Positions 20,705-23,036 of a stretch of 23,036 bases of DNA are shown here, piece after piece. The stretch covers positions 62,001-85,036 of the forward strand of contig NGBS01001171.1 in assembly GCA_002245135.1 (NCBI GenBank), in the 5' to 3' direction. The position numbers were made by a program, and so were the translations under genes. This stretch comes from Proteromonas lacertae (Eukaryota). How positions within the stretch are numbered: the stretch's first letter is position 1; each line of letters opens with the position of its first letter. The notes below the pieces were generated by a model, which saw only the letters and a program-made list of their open reading frames with translations, was not told the DNA's origin and did not search any database.

Positions 20705-22573
20705 ATGCCAAGAGATAGAGAGTATGAAGATTAGATGTCGATATTTTTATATAGAGATCAGCCTTGGACCATTACAGAAGAAGAGGAGCTGTTAAGATTA
20801 TACGAAAAGTATGCTCATATTGAAGACAAGAACGAAAGATATAGAAAAATAGCGAAACCTCTTCACAGAGGAAAAACTGAATGTTGGGAAAAATATAAAC
20901 AACTGGTTCCAAAAAGTGTATGATTATCTGTGTTTATGAATGAAATAGAAAACAAAAAAATCTCCTAGAAAAGAAAATCCATTATTTGTTGTAGAAGATG
21001 ATGAACCAAGAAGAACATCCGTAGAAAGACCTCCATCTCGTCAAATGATGGCAGATAATCTCCCACCAGGACCTTCTCAATCATTATTACACTCCAGACC
21101 AATAGAAAGTCCAGTTGAAGATATGGAATTCTCAGCAGCAGCAAAAGTAATCGAAAAGAGAAAATCAACTCATAATAAATCTAGAGCGAGTAACAGCCAT
21201 CATAGAGAAAGTCCTAAAGATGGATCATTCTTTGAATCAGTCAAAAAGCCATCAAAATACAGTAATAACCCTATCAATCGTCAACGTAATCAAATGAGAG
21301 ATGTTATTGATGTCGAAGATATAGAAGACTTTGATAATGATGAAGGAGAAGATGGTAAATATGATGAGGATAGCGTATCTCGTTTAAATGAATCATTTTC
21401 ACCATCCAATGCTATTCGAAATACTAGTGGTTTTAAACCATTCAATATCAGTGAATATACCACTTATGATTTGGATATTGATCAAGAAAAAATGATCTTA
21501 AAATGTATATTAGGAAATGAAAGTCGTAGTTCGGATTTACCTGAATCCTGGCGAGAACAAGGGTTTTATTTTAATGATAAAATTACTTATGGATTAATTC
21601 AAAACAATGGTGGTCCTTGTGGTGTGATTGGTGTAGTTCAAGCTTATGTTATTAAAAATTTACTATATACGAACAGTGAAGATAGTTATAATGCATATTC
21701 CAAAAAACTATCCGTTGAAGAAATGGATTTGAAATTACATGGTTCTTTTAATAAGACTATAATAATAGCTCAATCATTAGCTGATATATTTTGGAAAGTG
21801 AGTGAGAATAATAATAACAATATGACGGAGTTATGTTTGCCTCATGGATATAAGAAATATAAATTTGTGAGTATAAGTAAAATATTAAAGTATATATTAT
21901 ATAATTATATGTTTTATTTATATATTATTAGAGTGCAATCTTGTCCAATATATCCTACTTTACTGATCCTAAAGGTGATGGAGTTCGTCTATTCCTTTAC
22001 TCAATTATTACTTCACATGGTATAAAGAATATCAAATTCGATTGTGATTCAATCATCACAGAAAATTCACTAATTGGTAATCACAATTATGCTAATCAAG
22101 AATTAGTCAATCTTATTATTACAGGTTATGCTACAACTAATGTCTTCAACGGAACTAAAGATATTGGAGATAATACAATATTGAAAGGTATTAACCATGT
22201 ATCTGAAATTGGCTTTCTTACATTATTTGAACATTATAAGTACGTTGAATGTGGTAGTAACTATAAAGATCCAATATATCCAATTTGGGTGATATGTAGT
22301 GAAAGTCATTACTCTGTTTTCTCAATATTGATGGCAAATACAGTGCTTTTAGAGTGGGAGATTCTTTTGATTTGTATTATTATGATCAATTGATGAAAGC
22401 AGATGAAGAATATCGATTAACAGTTAAGATTGTTGATGATTTTGAGTAAATGTGAAAAAGGAGAATGTGATGGCAAATCTTGCCATTGTTTAATTCCTCC
22501 GATTGATTTTGTGATTAGAACTAAATGGAATAATGGAAGAGTTGATTGGAATTCTTCTGATCCAATTTTATAA
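20705..22573 (+). CDS. MINDY4: MINDY-3/4 family (FAM188) deubiquitinase with an N-terminal Myb/SANT-like domain; two apparent 1-nt indels
   Basis: ATG 20705, introns 20722-20754, 20918-20948 and an ambiguous third intron (21867-21931 or 21890-21933). Catalytic Cys box QNNGGPCGVI, His box CSESHYSV, FDLYYYDQL, and C-terminus IPPIDFVIRTKW...VDWNSSDPIL*. Compensating frameshifts lie at T runs 22317-22320 and 22440-22443. Confidence 0.85.
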
Positions 22574-22713
22574 ATTAGAATTGAGATGGGGAGTATATTA
22601 TATAATAATTTGATAATTTCTTATATATATATATATATTTCTTAATAAGACGAAAATACATGTATAGAAAATAAATAAAAACATTAATTAAAAATTTTGA
22701 CCTATTGATAATC

Positions 22714-23036
22714 TCAATCCCATTTTATTTGGAATCGTGTAACACGAGGCTTTTCTGCTAATATATTTCTTGTCACTTTTGGTATTTCAACAACTGGAGG
22801 GGATTTTCTATTAAAAGAGGATCAGTATATTCATTATTTACGAATAACCAACACGAAAAATTCTTGATCTTTAACTACATGTCAATATTATTACTGTAAC
22901 TCCTAACAAACATCTTGTGGAATCAATGCAGGATCAGGTGCATTTGCTTGCAATACAAATCTATGACAACCTTGTACAACTGGACCTACTAAAATTGTTT
23001 CTAGAACTTGATCATCTCTTTCTGACTCTGCACTTC
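22714..23036 (-). CDS. ASF1: Histone H3-H4 chaperone ASF1, 3' portion (5'-partial), with five apparent small deletions
   Basis: The minus strand reads SAESERDDQVLETILVGPVVQGCHRFVLQANAPDPALIPQD/LLGVTVIILTCS/KDQEF/RVGY/VNNEYTDPLLIEN/PPVVEIPKVTRNILAEKPRVTRFQIKWD*, a clear ASF1 core. Slashes mark frameshifts. Stop TGA at 22714-22716. Not in the ORF track. Confidence 0.93.

Noticed and set aside
20965..21168. ORF 20965..21168 (-)
   Set aside because: It is antisense to the MINDY linker exon.
4733..22912. Other TGTTTGTT matches (minus strand at about 4733, 20490, 22905)
   Set aside because: They lie inside or antisense to coding exons, one overlaps a probable sequencing error, and such matches are expected by chance at this AT content.
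20444..22915. Programmed ribosomal frameshifting or RNA editing as a novel system behind the frameshifts
   Set aside because: The indels are mostly in homopolymers, go in both directions, share no slippery or stimulatory motif and cluster toward the window end. Consensus error is far more parsimonious, though only reads can exclude the alternative.
1..23036. Alternative genetic code (stop-codon reassignment) as the cause of ORF fragmentation
   Set aside because: Long exons are free of in-frame stops, genes end in TAA or TGA at the expected positions, and tiny GT-AG introns explain the breaks.
1..23036. Genes lacking a genomic stop codon (stop created only by polyadenylation)
   Set aside because: Every gene model here ends in a genome-encoded stop codon.
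1..23036. CRISPR arrays, tRNA/rRNA genes, transposons
   Set aside because: I saw no spaced direct repeats, cloverleaf or rRNA-like segments, transposase/RT motifs or terminal repeats.

Overview
This is very AT-rich, gene-dense eukaryotic nuclear DNA using the standard genetic code. It has about 29 tiny GT-AG introns, mostly 25-48 nt with GTAT donors and TAG acceptors. That layout, a giant He_PIG-type Ig-repeat surface protein, an organelle-targeted succinyl-CoA synthetase and TGTYTRTT motifs near 3' ends suggest a Blastocystis-like gut stramenopile; this is an inference, not a database result. Splicing by hand joins the ORF fragments into 10 genes: a partial degenerate EF-hand protein, a DnaJ/Hsp40 with an upstream heat-shock element, a ~949-aa signal peptide + ectodomain + 7TM + RGS receptor, a ~2,020-aa Ig/PA14 single-pass surface protein, kinesin-2, SCS alpha, a Zn-knuckle/RGG/UAP56-binding-motif protein, a GT61 glycosyltransferase, a Myb/SANT-MINDY deubiquitinase and a partial ASF1. 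Two decayed coding remnants flank the giant surface-protein gene. Several genes carry 1-2 nt indels, mostly in homopolymers and denser toward the right end, which are most likely assembly errors. The most unusual candidates are the class-C-like 7TM-RGS fusion, the modular PA14/Ig adhesin with an odd 5-nt GTAAG insertion, the Myb-MINDY fusion and a head-to-head gene pair whose ATGs are only 35 nt apart.
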